This document shows, in pieces, positions 16,912-25,906 of a stretch of 43,064 nucleotides of DNA (positions are counted from its first letter, which is position 1; every line of letters starts with the position of its first letter). The DNA comes from Pseudomonadota bacterium. Lineage in GTDB: Bacteria > Myxococcota > Myxococcia > Myxococcales > Anaeromyxobacteraceae. Location of the stretch: positions 1-43,064 of the forward strand of contig JAEZXM010000105.1 in the NCBI GenBank assembly GCA_023419875.1, given 5' to 3'. Below the pieces are notes generated by a model. The model worked only from the letters and a program-made list of their open reading frames with translations. It had not been told where the DNA came from and searched no databases. The position numbers were made by a program, and so were the translations under genes.

Positions 16912-16955
16912 CTGAAAATCCCCGTGTCGCTGGTTCGATTCCGGCCCCAGGCACA
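16912..16955 (+). pseudogene. 3' half of tRNA-Phe(GAA): att-site remnant
   Basis: CTGAAAA anticodon loop, TCCCC, GTGTC, T-arm GCTGG-TTCGATT-CCGGC, acceptor strand CCCAGGCA. Upstream TACTT cannot pair with TCCCC, and no D-arm or GCCTGGG 5' strand is present. Confidence 0.88.
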
Positions 16956-16978
16956 CACAACAGAGCTCGAGCTTCGGT

Positions 16979-17017
16979 AGGCCCCGCGGCGAAAGCCGGC
17001 GGGGCCTCGGTGTTTTT
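16979..17017 (+). terminator. Rho-independent terminator (probably the native tRNA-Phe terminator)
   Basis: AGGCCCCGC-GGC-GAAA-GCC-G-GCGGGGCCT followed by CGGTGTTTTT. Confidence 0.8.
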
Positions 17018-17152
17018 CAGCACTCGGTGGGGGTCGACGGAAGCCGTGTGCGGACTGCCACTGGGTACCGTGTCGCCATTGCCGCAATGTGGCTAGGGCC
17101 GCGAGACTGCGTAGGAACTGCCAAGGCGCACAACGTGCAGGGGGGAGGAGAC

Positions 17153-17818
17153 ATGTGCCTGCTTCGCTCCCTCGTGGTCGCGCTCGCGATGATCGTCCTC
17201 TCCGTGCCGGTTCGTGGACGGGGGGACGACGGGCTCGAGCCGCACATGACGTTGTCGAGCGTGACCCTGGAGAGGACGACGCTCAGCGAGGCGCAGCGCC
17301 TTCTCGGCCCGGCTGAGGTTCGTCACAACGGCGGCGACGCGGCCGCGAGCGCATCCGGAGCGTGCTACGTCGGGGCAGACGGCACGACGCTCGCTCTGAT
17401 CTCCAACATCGAGATGGGAGGCGGCACCACCATCACCGACGTTCAGCTGGTCGCGCGCGGTGCGGAGCCCGACTTCTCGAGCGACGACAGGTACGTCGTG
17501 CCGCCCGAGCACAGGCCCCGCTGCGCACAACTCGGATCGCTCTCCGAGGCCACAGCAACGCGTGGCGGCCTCAGGCTCGGGATGACGAAGGACGACGTGG
17601 TTCGGCTTCTCGGTCCTCCTGCCGAGTCGGAGGATCATCGCCTCCGGTTCGCCTCCGAAGTGAAAGTGCCGATGACACCGGAGCAGAAGGAGGCGTTCGA
17701 GGCCCACAATGGCCCTGGTGGAAATGACCTCCTCCTCTTTCGAGCGCGCACCATCGTGATCGAGTTCGTCGGAGAGAAGGCAGCGGTGATCAGGCTATCC
17801 CAGGTCACCTCGAGCTGA
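17153..17818 (+). CDS. Exported hypothetical protein with two SmpA/BamE- or BLIP-like repeats
   Basis: GGAGGAG RBS; signal-peptide-like N-terminus; repeated TTLSEAQRLLGPAE and LGMTKDDVVRLLGPPAE. Confidence 0.65.
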   Translation: MCLLRSLVVALAMIVLSVPVRGRGDDGLEPHMTLSSVTLERTTLSEAQRLLGPAEVRHNGGDAAASASGACYVGADGTTLALISNIEMGGGTTITDVQLVARGAEPDFSSDDRYVVPPEHRPRCAQLGSLSEATATRGGLRLGMTKDDVVRLLGPPAESEDHRLRFASEVKVPMTPEQKEAFEAHNGPGGNDLLLFRARTIVIEFVGEKAAVIRLSQVTSS

Positions 17819-18559
17819 CGGCGGGACCCAGCAACGGAGAGCTTCCGGCTCCGACGCGGCGCCCCGGTTTCTACCCGCCCGCCCCTTCAGGCGCGCGAGC
17901 GTCGCCGCGATCCCCACCACACGTCCGATGCACAGGCACCCCGGCGCGCCGGTGCGCGGCAGCGCCGGCGCATTGGCGAGGGCGGCGGCGGGTGTCGCGG
18001 CGGGCCAGCCGCGGGCGAGAAGCGCGGCCGCGATCTGCGCGCGCGCCGGGACGCCCATGAGCACGACGACGGTCACGGACGATGGCGGGAGCGCGTCCAG
18101 GATCGGACGCCACGTCGCCTCCGCGTGCCCGGACACGACCAGGAACCCGGACGCGAGGCCGCGGTGCGTGACCGGCACGCCGGCGAGGGCGGGCGCTGCG
18201 AGGGCGGAGGAGACGCCGGGGACGACCTCGAACGGAACGCCGGCCTCTGCCAGCGCCAGCGCCTCCTCCCCTCCGCGACCGAGCACGAACGGATCGCCGC
18301 ATTTCAGCCGGACGACCCGCCGGCCGCGCCGCGCCGTGCGGACGAGGAGCCGGTGAATGTCCTCCTGCGTGACCTCCTTCGTGCCGGCGCGCTTCCCGAC
18401 CGAGATCCGCCACGCGCGGTGCGCGAGCGCGAGGACCTCCGCGGAGACGAGCGCGTCGTGGAAGATCACCTCCGCCTCTTCGAGCCGTCGCGCGGCCTTC
18501 ACGGTGAGGAGCTCCGGGTCTCCGGGCCCGGCCCCGACGAGCGACACGAAGCCGTTCAT
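17795..18559 (-). CDS. cobA: Uroporphyrinogen-III C-methyltransferase (C-terminus atypical)
   Basis: From ATG 18559: VSLVGAGPGDPELLT, VVRLKCGDPFVLGRGGEE, VVPGVSS, PVTHRG. Confidence 0.88.
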   Translation of the reverse strand: MNGFVSLVGAGPGDPELLTVKAARRLEEAEVIFHDALVSAEVLALAHRAWRISVGKRAGTKEVTQEDIHRLLVRTARRGRRVVRLKCGDPFVLGRGGEEALALAEAGVPFEVVPGVSSALAAPALAGVPVTHRGLASGFLVVSGHAEATWRPILDALPPSSVTVVVLMGVPARAQIAAALLARGWPAATPAAALANAPALPRTGAPGCLCIGRVVGIAATLARLKGRAGRNRGAASEPEALRCWVPPSARGDLG

Positions 18560-19110
18560 GAGTAGATCCGGTTCAACGCCTCGAGGAGCAGGGGCCTCCG
18601 CGCCGCCATGGGCGTGCCGGCGGCGCGCCACGCCGGCCGAAGCTCGCGCGCCAGCGCGTGCCACCGCGACAGGTCCTCCGGGAGCATTGCCTCGAGCGCC
18701 TCGCGCACGAGCCCGGCGAGGGCCGGCGCCTCGCCCGCGGTGGAGACGGCGACGGTGGTGCCGCCGCGCCGCACGACGCCCGAGGCGAAGGCGCTCGCCG
18801 AGGCCGGATCGTCCACCGCGTTCACGAAGATCCGCCTCGCCTCCGCGGCGTCGGCGACCTGCCGGTTCACCTCGGGGGTGGCCGCGGCGACGACGAGCCA
18901 CGCGCCGTCCAGGTCCGCGGGCTCGAACCGCCGCCGCTCGAGCCGCACGGGCTGTTGCTCGAACTCGGGGAGCGCCTCCGGTGCGACCACCACCACCTCG
19001 GCCCGCGCGGCGAGGAGGCCGCGGAGCTTCCCGAGCGCCACCGCCCCGGCGCCCACGAGCACCACCCGACGCCCGGCGACCCTGAGGAAGAGCGGCAGGA
19101 GCTCGATCAT
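18556..19110 (-). CDS. Precorrin-2 dehydrogenase/sirohydrochlorin ferrochelatase (CysG N-terminal/SirC-like)
   Basis: From ATG 19110: LPLFLRVAGRRVVLVGAGAVA, VVAAT, FVNAVDDP, VAVSTAGEAPALA; 4-nt overlaps with both neighbours. Confidence 0.9.
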   Translation of the reverse strand: MIELLPLFLRVAGRRVVLVGAGAVALGKLRGLLAARAEVVVVAPEALPEFEQQPVRLERRRFEPADLDGAWLVVAAATPEVNRQVADAAEARRIFVNAVDDPASASAFASGVVRRGGTTVAVSTAGEAPALAGLVREALEAMLPEDLSRWHALARELRPAWRAAGTPMAARRPLLLEALNRIYS

Positions 19111-19934
19111 CCCTCCCTCGCCGGCTCGGGATCGAGGACCGGCGCCGCCTTCACGACGGGCGCCGGGCTCTCGCGGGTCGCGTACCAGTAGGAGCCGGCC
19201 ACGAACACCGCGCCGCCCACAAGGTTCCCGAGCGTGACCGGGACGAGGTTCCGGACGAACCCGGCCCAGCTCACGAGCGCCGGATCGTGCGGCGCGAACA
19301 GCGCGAGGCCGAGCAGGGTCATGTTCGCGACGCTGTGCTCGAACCCCGCACCGATGAAGCCGAAGAGGCACCAGAAGATGAGGACGAGCTTGGCGATGTC
19401 CTCCTTCGTCCGAGCGGCCATCCAGATCGCGAGGCAGACGAGCACGTTGCAGAGGAGCCCCCGGAAGAACAGCTCGGTGACGGGCGCGGCCATCTTCGCC
19501 GCGCTCACCTGAAGCACGAAGTCCTTCATGGGCGCCTTCGCGACGAGGCCCGCGGCGGCGGTCGTCGCGGCGAGCAGGAGCGAGCCCGCCACGTTCCCGG
19601 CGAAGGAGAGGCCCCAGACGCGCAGGGTGCTTCCCCAGCTCACCGTGCGCCCGAGGCTGCCGAGGGTCATGACGAGGTTGTTCCCGGTGAAGAGCTCCGA
19701 CCCGGCGAACACGACGAGGGTCAGCGCGAGGGCGAAGGAGGCGCCCATGAGCGCCTTCGTGCCGGGCGCCGCGGCGCCCGCGAGCGGCGCGCCGATCGAG
19801 AAGATGAGCACGATCCCCAGGCCCACGTAGGCGCCCGCGAGCGCGGAGAGGACGAGGTAGCGGAACGGCTCGCGAGCGGCGAGATCGGCCTTCTTGCGCG
19901 CGGCGTCGGCGAGGGCGGTGACGGTGGACTTCAT
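19107..19934 (-). CDS. nirC: Formate/nitrite transporter (NirC-like)
   Basis: GSELFTGN, GLLCNVLVCLAIW, GFEHSVANM, VTLGNLVGG. Confidence 0.92.
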   Translation of the reverse strand: MKSTVTALADAARKKADLAAREPFRYLVLSALAGAYVGLGIVLIFSIGAPLAGAAAPGTKALMGASFALALTLVVFAGSELFTGNNLVMTLGSLGRTVSWGSTLRVWGLSFAGNVAGSLLLAATTAAAGLVAKAPMKDFVLQVSAAKMAAPVTELFFRGLLCNVLVCLAIWMAARTKEDIAKLVLIFWCLFGFIGAGFEHSVANMTLLGLALFAPHDPALVSWAGFVRNLVPVTLGNLVGGAVFVAGSYWYATRESPAPVVKAAPVLDPEPAREG

Positions 19935-19955
19935 GGTCGAGGACTTCCTTTCCGG

Positions 19956-21407
19956 TCAGTAGATCTCCCGCTGATACCGCTTCTCCTTCACGAGTCCGTC
20001 CCAGAAGGCCTTGGCGTCGCCGTCGGTGCGCCCGCCGTGCTCGGCCGCGAGGCGGCGGAGCGCGGCATCGACCTCCGGCGCCATGCGCCGGAGATCGCCG
20101 CTCACGTAGACGTGGGCGCCCTGCGCGATCCAGCGCCAGAGCTCCTCGCCGTTCTGGCCGATCCGCTCGGCCAGCGTCACGCCGGGCGTCCCGTCGCCGG
20201 GGAAGGCCTTGTCGAGCCGCGTGAGCACGCCATCGGCGAGGAAACGTTCCACCTCCTCGCGACACAGGTCGTCCGCCTCGGTCGCGCCGCCGAAGAAGAG
20301 CCAGGACCAGCCGCCGGCGGCCGTCGCCTTGCGCTCCTGGAGGAAGGAGCGAAAGAGCGCCATCCCCGTGCCGCTGCCGATCATGATGATCGGCGCGTCG
20401 CCACGAGCGGGGAGCCGCACCCGGCCCGGATTCACGAACACACGGACCGCGCCGCCCACCGGGAGCCGCTGCGCGAGCCAGGTGGAGGCGAGCCCGTTGG
20501 GAGTGACCCCCACGACGAGGTGCGCCTCGCCGGGGTGGAGGCGCGGCGACGACGCGAGCGTGTAGAGGCGGGGCTTGAGCCGGCCGAGCGAGCCCGCGAC
20601 GTCTCCGACGGAGGGGCGCTTCGGCTCGAAGCTCTTCAGGACCTCGTCGAGATCTCGCAGATCGCAGTCCTCCGCGAGGGCGGCGCGGAGCGAGACGCTC
20701 CGCTTCGCCGGGCTGACGACGCGCTCCCGGCCGCTCGCGCCGAGGGTCGCGAGCGCGGCCTCCACCGCCTCGACGGAGTTCTCGGGGAAGACGCCGAACG
20801 AGTCGCCCGGCTGGAAGCTCTCGCTCGCCTCGGCGGCGTCGAGCACGAGGTGGACGACGGGCGCCGTCGCGCCCGGGTGGTGCAGGATCTCCCGCGCCAG
20901 GAGGCGCGCCGGAAAGGTGATCTTCCCGGACCTGGGGGTCGCCGCGCCCGGCTTCGGCGCCGGCTTCGCCGAGGGAGCTGCGGTAGCGGAGGGTGTCGAG
21001 GCAGGCGAAGCAGGCGCGGCGAGGAGCTCCTTCAGCTTCGCCGCGGTCGGCGCGCCGCCGGGGCTGCAGAGCACGAGCTTCTTCTCGGCGCCGCTCGCCA
21101 TCGCGGCGGCGTAGGTGCGGCAGTCGTAGCCGCAGGCGTGGCAGTCGAGCTGCGCGAGCGTCGCCATGAGGCGATCGTTGAGCGGGCGCCCCTCGGCGAG
21201 CGCGAGCCGCTCGGGCAGCTGCAGGTTGGGGTCGTGCCAGGGCTCGGCCTGCGGCGGGCTCGCCGGCGGGACCGGGACTGGCACGGAGGCGGCGCCGCCC
21301 GCCGCAGGTGCGCCGCCGCCGAGGAGCCCAGCGAAGAACCCGTTCAGCCAGGCGCGCTGACTGGGCGTGAACGGGGCGCTCTCGGGCAGGAACGGGATCG
21401 TCGTCAC
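19956..21407 (-). CDS. CysJ-like NAD(P)H flavoprotein reductase with an N-terminal 4Fe-4S domain in place of flavodoxin
   Basis: From GTG 21407: LDCHACGYDCRTYA...LCSPGG Fe-S motif; PRLYTLASS, GLASTWL, MIGSGTGMALFRSF, RYQREIY. Confidence 0.85.
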   Translation of the reverse strand: MTTIPFLPESAPFTPSQRAWLNGFFAGLLGGGAPAAGGAASVPVPVPPASPPQAEPWHDPNLQLPERLALAEGRPLNDRLMATLAQLDCHACGYDCRTYAAAMASGAEKKLVLCSPGGAPTAAKLKELLAAPASPASTPSATAAPSAKPAPKPGAATPRSGKITFPARLLAREILHHPGATAPVVHLVLDAAEASESFQPGDSFGVFPENSVEAVEAALATLGASGRERVVSPAKRSVSLRAALAEDCDLRDLDEVLKSFEPKRPSVGDVAGSLGRLKPRLYTLASSPRLHPGEAHLVVGVTPNGLASTWLAQRLPVGGAVRVFVNPGRVRLPARGDAPIIMIGSGTGMALFRSFLQERKATAAGGWSWLFFGGATEADDLCREEVERFLADGVLTRLDKAFPGDGTPGVTLAERIGQNGEELWRWIAQGAHVYVSGDLRRMAPEVDAALRRLAAEHGGRTDGDAKAFWDGLVKEKRYQREIY

Positions 21408-23230
21408 GCGCTCACTCCGTCGGTGGCGAGGCAGAGCGCCCGCAGCTCCTCGGGGCCGTGGCGGCTCGCGAAGTCGTGGAAGGTCTCCGCCCCGCGTCGC
21501 CGCGCGAGGTAGCCGCGCAGCAGTCGCTCGAGGAGCGGCGCCAGCTCGGGCTGCGGGACGTCGCGGACGATCTCGCGGCCGAGCGCCTGCTCGGGCCCGG
21601 CGCCGCCGCCCACGAGCACGTGATAGGCCTGGGCGGGCGCGCCGTTCACCTCGGCGGTGACACCGAGCAGGCCGATGTCGGCGACGTGGTGCTGCGCGCA
21701 GGAGTGGGGGCACCCGGTGAGGTGGATGTTGAGCGGGGCGTCGAGCTCGAGCCTCGACTCGAGGTGCTCCGCCAGGGCGAGCGCGTGCGCCTTCGTGTCG
21801 GTCGCGGAGTACTTGCAGCCGGTGTTGCCGGTGCAGGCGACGAGGGCGCCGCGGATGGACGTGGCGTTCCAGGCGAGCCCGAGCGCCTCGAGGGCGGCCT
21901 TCGCCTCGGCGACCCGCTCGTCGGGGATGTCCGGGACGATGACGTTCTGCCAGACGGTGAGCCGGAGCTCGCCGGAGCCCAGCCGGTCGGACAGCGCGGC
22001 GAGGCCGCGGAGCTGATCGACGCGGAGGCGCCCGACCGGCAGCACCACGCCGAGGTACGAGCGGCCCGGCTGCCTCTGCGGGTGGAACCCGACGTGCCCG
22101 AGCTTCGTCCACGGATGGCGCGGCTCGCACGCGTCGAGCGGCAGGCGGAGGAGCGGCGCCGCGAGGTGCTTCTCGGCCTCGGCGAGGACCTTCTCGTGCC
22201 CGAGGCGGTCGAGGACGTACTTGAGCCGCGCCTTCTTGCGGTCGGTCCGATCGCCGTGCTCGAGGAAGACGCGGACGATCGCGGCGGCGACGGGGATACA
22301 CTCCTCCGGCCGGACCAACACGCCCTCATCGCGGGCGAAGTCGCCGTGCCCGGTGATCCCGCCGAGCGCCAGCCGGAAGTAGACGCCCGCGGGGACGCCC
22401 TTCCCCTCGGCGACGCGCACGGCGGAGAAGCCGATGTCGTTCGTGTCCTCGAGCACGCCGACGCCCCCGCCGCCGTCGAAGGCGACGTTGAACTTGCGCG
22501 GGAGCCCGTAGAGCTCGCGGTGGTTGAGCAGGTGGTGGTGGAGGCCGCGCGTGAGCGGGCGCGTGTCGACGAGCTCGTGGGGATCGATCCCGGCGGTGGG
22601 GCTGCCGGTGACGTTGCGGACGTTGTCCGCCCCTGCGCCGCGGTTGACGATCCCGAGCTCGTGGAGCGCGGTCAGCACCTCGAGCGGGCGGTCCGCCGGG
22701 ATGCCGCGGAGCTGGAGGTTCGCCCGCGTGGTCACGTCGGCGTGGCCGGCGCCGTGGCGCTCGGCGATGTCGGCGATGCCGCGGAGCTGGTGGGAGGAGA
22801 CGATCCCCCCGGGCAGGCGCAGCCGGCACATGAAGGCGCTCTCGGCCGGCGCGACGAAGAACAGCCCGTGGAACTTCCAGCGGTAGACGTCGAGGCCGGC
22901 CGGGAAGCGCCCCTCGCGCGCGTGCTCCACGATCCGGTCCCAGGCGTCGAGCGGGTTCTCGGCGCGCTTCGCCTCCTCCTCGCGGGTGAGGGCGCGGCCC
23001 TCGGCGAGGAAACGATCTTGCGCGCGCAGGTGGACGAGCTCGGGGCGCTCGGGGTGGTCCGAGGCCTGGCGGTCGACCGGCCGGCCGTCGGTGCCGGCGC
23101 GACCGTCGACGAGCGGGAGGACGTCGCCGACAGCGGGCAGGCCGCTCCGGGTCCGGGCGGTGTCGACTCCCCGCAAGAAGCCGGAGAGGTAGCTCCGCTG
23201 CTCCTCGGTCAGGCTTGGCTTCTCGGACAT
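21404..23230 (-). CDS. nirA: Siroheme [4Fe-4S] nitrite reductase, NirA family
   Basis: 608 aa; KFHGLF, MCRLRLPGG, TTRANLQ, GADNVRN, LPRKFN, CTGNTGC, GCPHSC; GAGGAGG RBS. Confidence 0.92.
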   Translation of the reverse strand: MSEKPSLTEEQRSYLSGFLRGVDTARTRSGLPAVGDVLPLVDGRAGTDGRPVDRQASDHPERPELVHLRAQDRFLAEGRALTREEEAKRAENPLDAWDRIVEHAREGRFPAGLDVYRWKFHGLFFVAPAESAFMCRLRLPGGIVSSHQLRGIADIAERHGAGHADVTTRANLQLRGIPADRPLEVLTALHELGIVNRGAGADNVRNVTGSPTAGIDPHELVDTRPLTRGLHHHLLNHRELYGLPRKFNVAFDGGGGVGVLEDTNDIGFSAVRVAEGKGVPAGVYFRLALGGITGHGDFARDEGVLVRPEECIPVAAAIVRVFLEHGDRTDRKKARLKYVLDRLGHEKVLAEAEKHLAAPLLRLPLDACEPRHPWTKLGHVGFHPQRQPGRSYLGVVLPVGRLRVDQLRGLAALSDRLGSGELRLTVWQNVIVPDIPDERVAEAKAALEALGLAWNATSIRGALVACTGNTGCKYSATDTKAHALALAEHLESRLELDAPLNIHLTGCPHSCAQHHVADIGLLGVTAEVNGAPAQAYHVLVGGGAGPEQALGREIVRDVPQPELAPLLERLLRGYLARRRGAETFHDFASRHGPEELRALCLATDGVSA

Positions 23231-23258
23231 GGTCCTCCTCGCACTTGATCCCGGTCAA

Positions 23259-23274
23259 AGCAAGGGTGAGGCCA
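23259..23274 (-). promoter_or_regulatory. Sigma54 (-24/-12) promoter of the nirA operon
   Basis: Minus strand TGGCCTCACCCTTGCT = GG-N10-GC, 28 nt upstream of the nirA ATG. Confidence 0.75.
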
Positions 23275-23572
23275 GGCCGCATTCGCCGAATACACCGAGA
23301 GTCGTGGGCACGCCGGGCGGGGCCAGCCCGCTCTTGCGGCTGCGAGTGAACGTCGGCAGGGCACGAGACGCCCTGCCCCGCGACACTCGAGCGCCCCTCC
23401 CACCTGGGCGCTAGCCGCTGGCGTGATCCGGACAGGTCGTGTCGAGTGGAGGTCGCCTTCCGCAGCGTGGGCATGCTCGGGCCGTGAACGCCAACCCCGC
23501 GTACCCCGCGTCCGCCCTCGAGCGCGATCCTGCTACACTCCCCTTCGCCAGAGCTCTTGCGGGGGAGGGACC

Positions 23573-25900
23573 ATGCGTGGATTCGATCCCCGTCGTCGTG
23601 CTGCGCTCCTGTGCCTCGTCGCAGCCTCGGCCGTTCCCGCAATCGCCGGGGCAGCGGGCCCGGATGCTTCACCGTCGGTGCAGGCACCGCAGCCCGCGCC
23701 AAACGCTCCGGCACAGCAACCGGTCCTGACCGCCCCGCCCGATCCGGCCGGGAGGGCGGTCGAGCGAATGCGGGCCGCGGTCCAGGGTCCGAATGCGCTG
23801 GTCGTCTCGGGTGGAAGCAGCCTCGGGGTCTACGAGGCCGGGGTCCTCTACTACATCACCCTCGTGCAGGCGTCGGCCTTCGACGAGGTCCGGGGCGCCG
23901 AGGCCGTGCGATTCTCGGTCGCGAGCGGCACGTCGGCGGGTGCCATCAACGCCTTCATGGCCGCGATGGCGACCTGTCAGCAGCCCAACCCGGAGCCGCG
24001 CGCATCGCCGTTCTGGCTCTGGACCACGGTCGACTGGAACGACCTGCTCGCCGAGAAGAGAGACACCGGCGAGGTGAACGCGTGTGGCAGGCTCGACGGC
24101 GCGCTGACCCGCAGGCCCATCCGCGGAGCCGTGGCCAGGCTCGACCAGGCCTGGACCAGCTACCGCTGGCGCTCGTGCGAGGTGCGCTTCGGCGCGGCCG
24201 TGACCTATCTCACGCCTCTCCTGGTCCCGCTCCGTCCGCCGGGCCCGGGATCCCCGTCCACCATCGAGGTCTCCCGCCTCACCGAACGTTTCGCGTTCCG
24301 GATGACGAGCGACGGCGGGCCGGCCGTCCTGCACGCGTTCCCTGGGAACGGCGAGCCGGGATTCCCGATCCTCGCGCCCACCACGACGTCCGGAACGCTC
24401 GCCGGAGATCCCCTGCTCCGGGAGCGGAAGGACGTGATGGAGCTGCTCCTCGCCTCGTCGGGGATCCCGGTCGCCTTCGATCCTCTCCCGCTCCAGGTCG
24501 TCTACGAACCCGGCGGCGCCGCCAGCACCCACTGCTTCGTGGACGGCGGCGTGCTCGACAACGTGCCGCTCTCGACCGCGATCCGGCTCCTGGAGAACCT
24601 CCCCGCCTCCGCGCGCGGCGGAGGGCGGCCGACCTACGTCTACGTGGACGCCGCGAACACGGATCCGGCCGCCGTTCCACCCTCCGGAGCGGGACCCGGC
24701 GCACCCTCGCCGAAGTCCCGCCGCAGCATGGTCGGCGACCTCGGCGGGCTGCTCGGCGACCTCATCACCGGCGCCCGGCAGGCCGAGCTGGCCGACACGA
24801 TCGCCGACAACCGGGAGGTCCGCGAGTCGCTGGAGCTCCCGCGGCGAAAGCACTTCATCACCGGGGAGCTCCTGGGCGCGTTCGGCGCGTTCTTCGACGA
24901 GAGCTTCAGGCGCTATGACTTCTTCGCGGGCATGGCGGACGCCGAGCGGAGCCTGGGGCCGTCGTTCGAGACCGTTCGCGGCGCCCGCCCTCCCGCCGTG
25001 GACGCTCCCGAGTTCGCCTGCTTCCGGGCGGTGTGGCGCGTGGACGGCGCGGAAGCGATCCGCGAGGCGCTGCACGGACCGGAGTGCGCACACCTCCGGC
25101 CATCGCCCGAGGACGAGGGGACGGAGGCGCGCCTCCGGCGCGACCTCTGGCGGCTTCTCTCCATCATCGGACCAGGCGACCTGGACGGTCCTCAGCCGCG
25201 GCTGGCGTACCGGTTCCTGAGGCGGCTCGATCGGGCGACCGGGCCCGAGGGCGCCGGCTGGAAGACCGGCTACGAGTACGTCACGCTTCGCAACGGCCGA
25301 AAGCTCGCGAAGGGAGACGGAGGCCTCATCGCGGTCCGCGAGCAGCTCCAGGAGCTCTCGAACCGGCTCTCGGAACAGCTCCAGAGCGGCGCGGGCCTGG
25401 CGGGCCTGCTCTACACGCGCCTGGCGGCGACGGCCGGGAGCGAGCTCGCCGACTCGGCGCTCGCGCGGCGGAGGATCCCGTGGAGCCTGTCGATCGGGCT
25501 GTTCGGCAAGGGCGCGGAGGTGTCGCTGGCGCGGAAGATCTCCTCGGGCGAACCGGTAGGCCTGGACCTCGCGGGCGGCATCCAGCTCGCCGACTTCGCG
25601 CTGGAGCGGCGGGAGATCCCCTGGTACACGGACTTCCACGTCTTCTTCGGGCCGCGGGCCGAGATCCGCCTCACGCGCATCTCCCCGCTGGAGCTGCTCG
25701 TCGGCGGGTATGTGGTCGGGCAGGGCGGCTACTCGCAGGGCCGCAGGCCCATCTACCGGCTCGGCGTGTCGCTCCGGACCGAGCTCCAGGCGTTCCAGCG
25801 CATCTACGGTGGGCTCTCGTACACGAACTTCTTCGAAGAGGCGGACCGGTTCCGGCAGGCGGACTGGTCCGGCTCGTTCGGCCTTCGCTTGTGGCTGTAG
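23573..25900 (+). CDS. Exported patatin-like phospholipase with C-terminal beta-rich domain
   Basis: GGGAGGGA RBS, signal peptide; SGGSSLG, GTSAG, DGG motifs; ends in amphipathic strands with terminal FGLRLWL. Confidence 0.85.
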   Translation: MRGFDPRRRAALLCLVAASAVPAIAGAAGPDASPSVQAPQPAPNAPAQQPVLTAPPDPAGRAVERMRAAVQGPNALVVSGGSSLGVYEAGVLYYITLVQASAFDEVRGAEAVRFSVASGTSAGAINAFMAAMATCQQPNPEPRASPFWLWTTVDWNDLLAEKRDTGEVNACGRLDGALTRRPIRGAVARLDQAWTSYRWRSCEVRFGAAVTYLTPLLVPLRPPGPGSPSTIEVSRLTERFAFRMTSDGGPAVLHAFPGNGEPGFPILAPTTTSGTLAGDPLLRERKDVMELLLASSGIPVAFDPLPLQVVYEPGGAASTHCFVDGGVLDNVPLSTAIRLLENLPASARGGGRPTYVYVDAANTDPAAVPPSGAGPGAPSPKSRRSMVGDLGGLLGDLITGARQAELADTIADNREVRESLELPRRKHFITGELLGAFGAFFDESFRRYDFFAGMADAERSLGPSFETVRGARPPAVDAPEFACFRAVWRVDGAEAIREALHGPECAHLRPSPEDEGTEARLRRDLWRLLSIIGPGDLDGPQPRLAYRFLRRLDRATGPEGAGWKTGYEYVTLRNGRKLAKGDGGLIAVREQLQELSNRLSEQLQSGAGLAGLLYTRLAATAGSELADSALARRRIPWSLSIGLFGKGAEVSLARKISSGEPVGLDLAGGIQLADFALERREIPWYTDFHVFFGPRAEIRLTRISPLELLVGGYVVGQGGYSQGRRPIYRLGVSLRTELQAFQRIYGGLSYTNFFEEADRFRQADWSGSFGLRLWL

Positions 25901-25906
25901 CGCCGC

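Noticed and set aside
16880..16955. Intact tRNA-Phe gene
   Set aside because: The 5' half is missing (no D-arm, anticodon stem cannot pair); kept only as an att remnant.
18556..22301. ORF-track N-terminal extensions (18556-20265, 19956-22301, 17795-18901; also 31633, 28469, 40058, 7488 starts) as fusion proteins
   Set aside because: The extensions overlap upstream genes in another frame; real starts are at the short stop/start overlaps given in features.
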